From Halothiobacillus sp. (lineage in GTDB: Bacteria > Pseudomonadota > Gammaproteobacteria > Halothiobacillales > Halothiobacillaceae), in NCBI RefSeq assembly GCF_024636015.1, contig NZ_JAGXHU010000023.1: a DNA stretch of 64,000 nucleotides. One strand, written 5' to 3'. A model generated the notes under the pieces. It saw only the letters and a program-made list of their open reading frames with translations, ran no database searches and had not been told where the DNA came from. Positions 63,308-64,000 of this stretch are shown here, piece by piece. A program made the translations under genes and the position numbers. The first letter of the stretch is position 1. Every line of letters begins with the position of its first letter.

Positions 63308-63805
63308 TTAATCGGCTGCCGAGGATGGAGGCAGGCACAAAGTCCGCCACAGGCGACGCTTCAACCCCGGATCCTGCTGCAAATCATGCAAAGGCCACTC
63401 CCGACCCTGCCAGCGAATCCGTGCGCTACCGGTGATTTCTGTCGATTCGGTCACCACGGTGACAGAACGGGGCACCGTCTGGGCAATGCGGGCGAACAGA
63501 AGATGCGTTGTGGCTCCTGAGGGCACACAAATCGTGAGCGTGGAGAAAGAAGCCGTAACCGCAAGAGAGGGATGTGTGGGCGGGTGCGGAACGGGTTCCG
63601 ACCGAGCGGCCGCATCCGGGACAGATTCCAGCAACGGCTGGGTATCCGTCGTATCCGGCCTCGCCACTTCTGGCTGTGGGGCTAGAAGCGGCGAGGTCGT
63701 GGTTGATTCAACCGATTCAGACTGAAGTGGCTGCGGAACCGATCGTGGCTCACGCAACTGCCACACATCAATCCCCAGCCAGTCCAGGACCGATGCCTGA
63801 TTCAT
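63308..63805 (-). CDS. holD: DNA polymerase III psi subunit (HolD)-like protein with an inserted Pro/Thr/Ser-rich linker
   Basis: The N-terminus (LDWLGIDVWQLREP) resembles E. coli psi (LQQLGITQWSLRRP), and the C-terminus (DPGLKRRLWRTLC) resembles psi (NPTARAALWQQIC). The holD-rimI adjacency also fits. I set the start at the ATG at 63805. Confidence 0.55.
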   Translation of the reverse strand: MNQASVLDWLGIDVWQLREPRSVPQPLQSESVESTTTSPLLAPQPEVARPDTTDTQPLLESVPDAAARSEPVPHPPTHPSLAVTASFSTLTICVPSGATTHLLFARIAQTVPRSVTVVTESTEITGSARIRWQGREWPLHDLQQDPGLKRRLWRTLCLPPSSAAD

Positions 63806-63815
63806 CGACGCAGAC

Positions 63816-64000
63816 TCACACATCCCCCATCTGCGGATGGGCGCGCAGGGCCGGTTTCTGCAGGCGGTCCAGAGCATTCAGGTACGCCTTGGCAGAGGCC
63901 ACAACAATGTCCGTATCCGCCCCCTGCCCCGTCACGATGCGACCGGCATGCTCCAGGCGCACATTGACCTCACCCTGCGCATCCGTGCCGCTGGTGATGT
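63816..64000 (-). CDS. leuA: 3' end (partial) of 2-isopropylmalate synthase
   Basis: My minus-strand translation reads [60 protein letters not shown]. This is typical of the LeuA C-terminal regulatory domain ([17 protein letters not shown]). Confidence 0.65.
   Translation of the reverse strand, partial: ITSGTDAQGEVNVRLEHAGRIVTGQGADTDIVVASAKAYLNALDRLQKPALRAHPQMGDV

Noticed and set aside
1-64000. CRISPR arrays, tRNA/rRNA genes, IS elements, toxin-antitoxin or restriction/defence genes
   Set aside because: I scanned the intergenic regions and small ORFs. I saw no regularly spaced direct repeats, no cloverleaf-like tRNA sequences and no transposase, integrase or nuclease-like ORFs.

Overview
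This 64-kb window looks like chromosome from a proteobacterial (gamma-like gene order) CO2-fixing chemolithoautotroph. All calls come from reading the sequence and ORF translations and recalling family motifs; no searches were run. Stops are firm, but many starts are my choice among in-frame candidates.

**Left ~10 kb, a CO2-concentrating-mechanism locus on the minus strand**
- An alpha-carboxysome shell operon runs csoS2, csoS3 (CsoSCA), csoS4A, csoS4B and two csoS1 genes.
- It continues with an acRAF-like pterin-dehydratase homologue, then a ParA-type McdA and a tiny disordered McdB-like ORF.
- A CbbR-like LysR regulator follows, then a NuoL-like DabB. The first codons of the next gene, presumed dabA, run off the left edge.
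- A second cbbR is divergent from csoS2.
- No cbbL/cbbS precede csoS2.

**The rest is mostly conserved housekeeping gene order**
- flgA-flgM-flgN, with a textbook sigma-28 promoter.
- rsmD, then divergent ftsY-ftsE-ftsX-rpoH.
- A marC-family gene and a SAM methyltransferase.
- An opgG-orf-opgH-opgD periplasmic glucan operon.
- A stand-alone Aer-type PAS protein, dnaE and a DUF465 gene.
- A frameshifted CMD/AhpD-like gene.
- An atypical pyruvate-kinase-like gene convergent with ackA-xfp (phosphoketolase).
- rpsF-rpsR-rplI.
- The block rpoE-rseA-rseB-rseC-degP(mucD)-lepA-lepB-DUF4845-rnc-era-recO-pdxJ-acpS.
- nadB, an AcpA/PLC-type phosphoesterase lipoprotein and a di-haem cytochrome c peroxidase.
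- holD-rimI and the 3' end of leuA.

**Candidates most worth follow-up**
- A four-gene ectoine/diaminobutyrate-catabolism-like cluster (M20 amidohydrolase, EctB/DoeD-like transaminase, DoeA-like M24 hydrolase, aldehyde dehydrogenase) sits between rpoE and nadB, which are normally adjacent.
- The RuBisCO-less cso operon with a short CsoS2.
- The McdA/McdB-like pair.
- An unassigned, translationally coupled ORF between opgG and opgH.
- The atypical pyruvate-kinase-like protein.

I recognised no tRNA, rRNA, CRISPR array, transposase, integrase or obvious defence genes.
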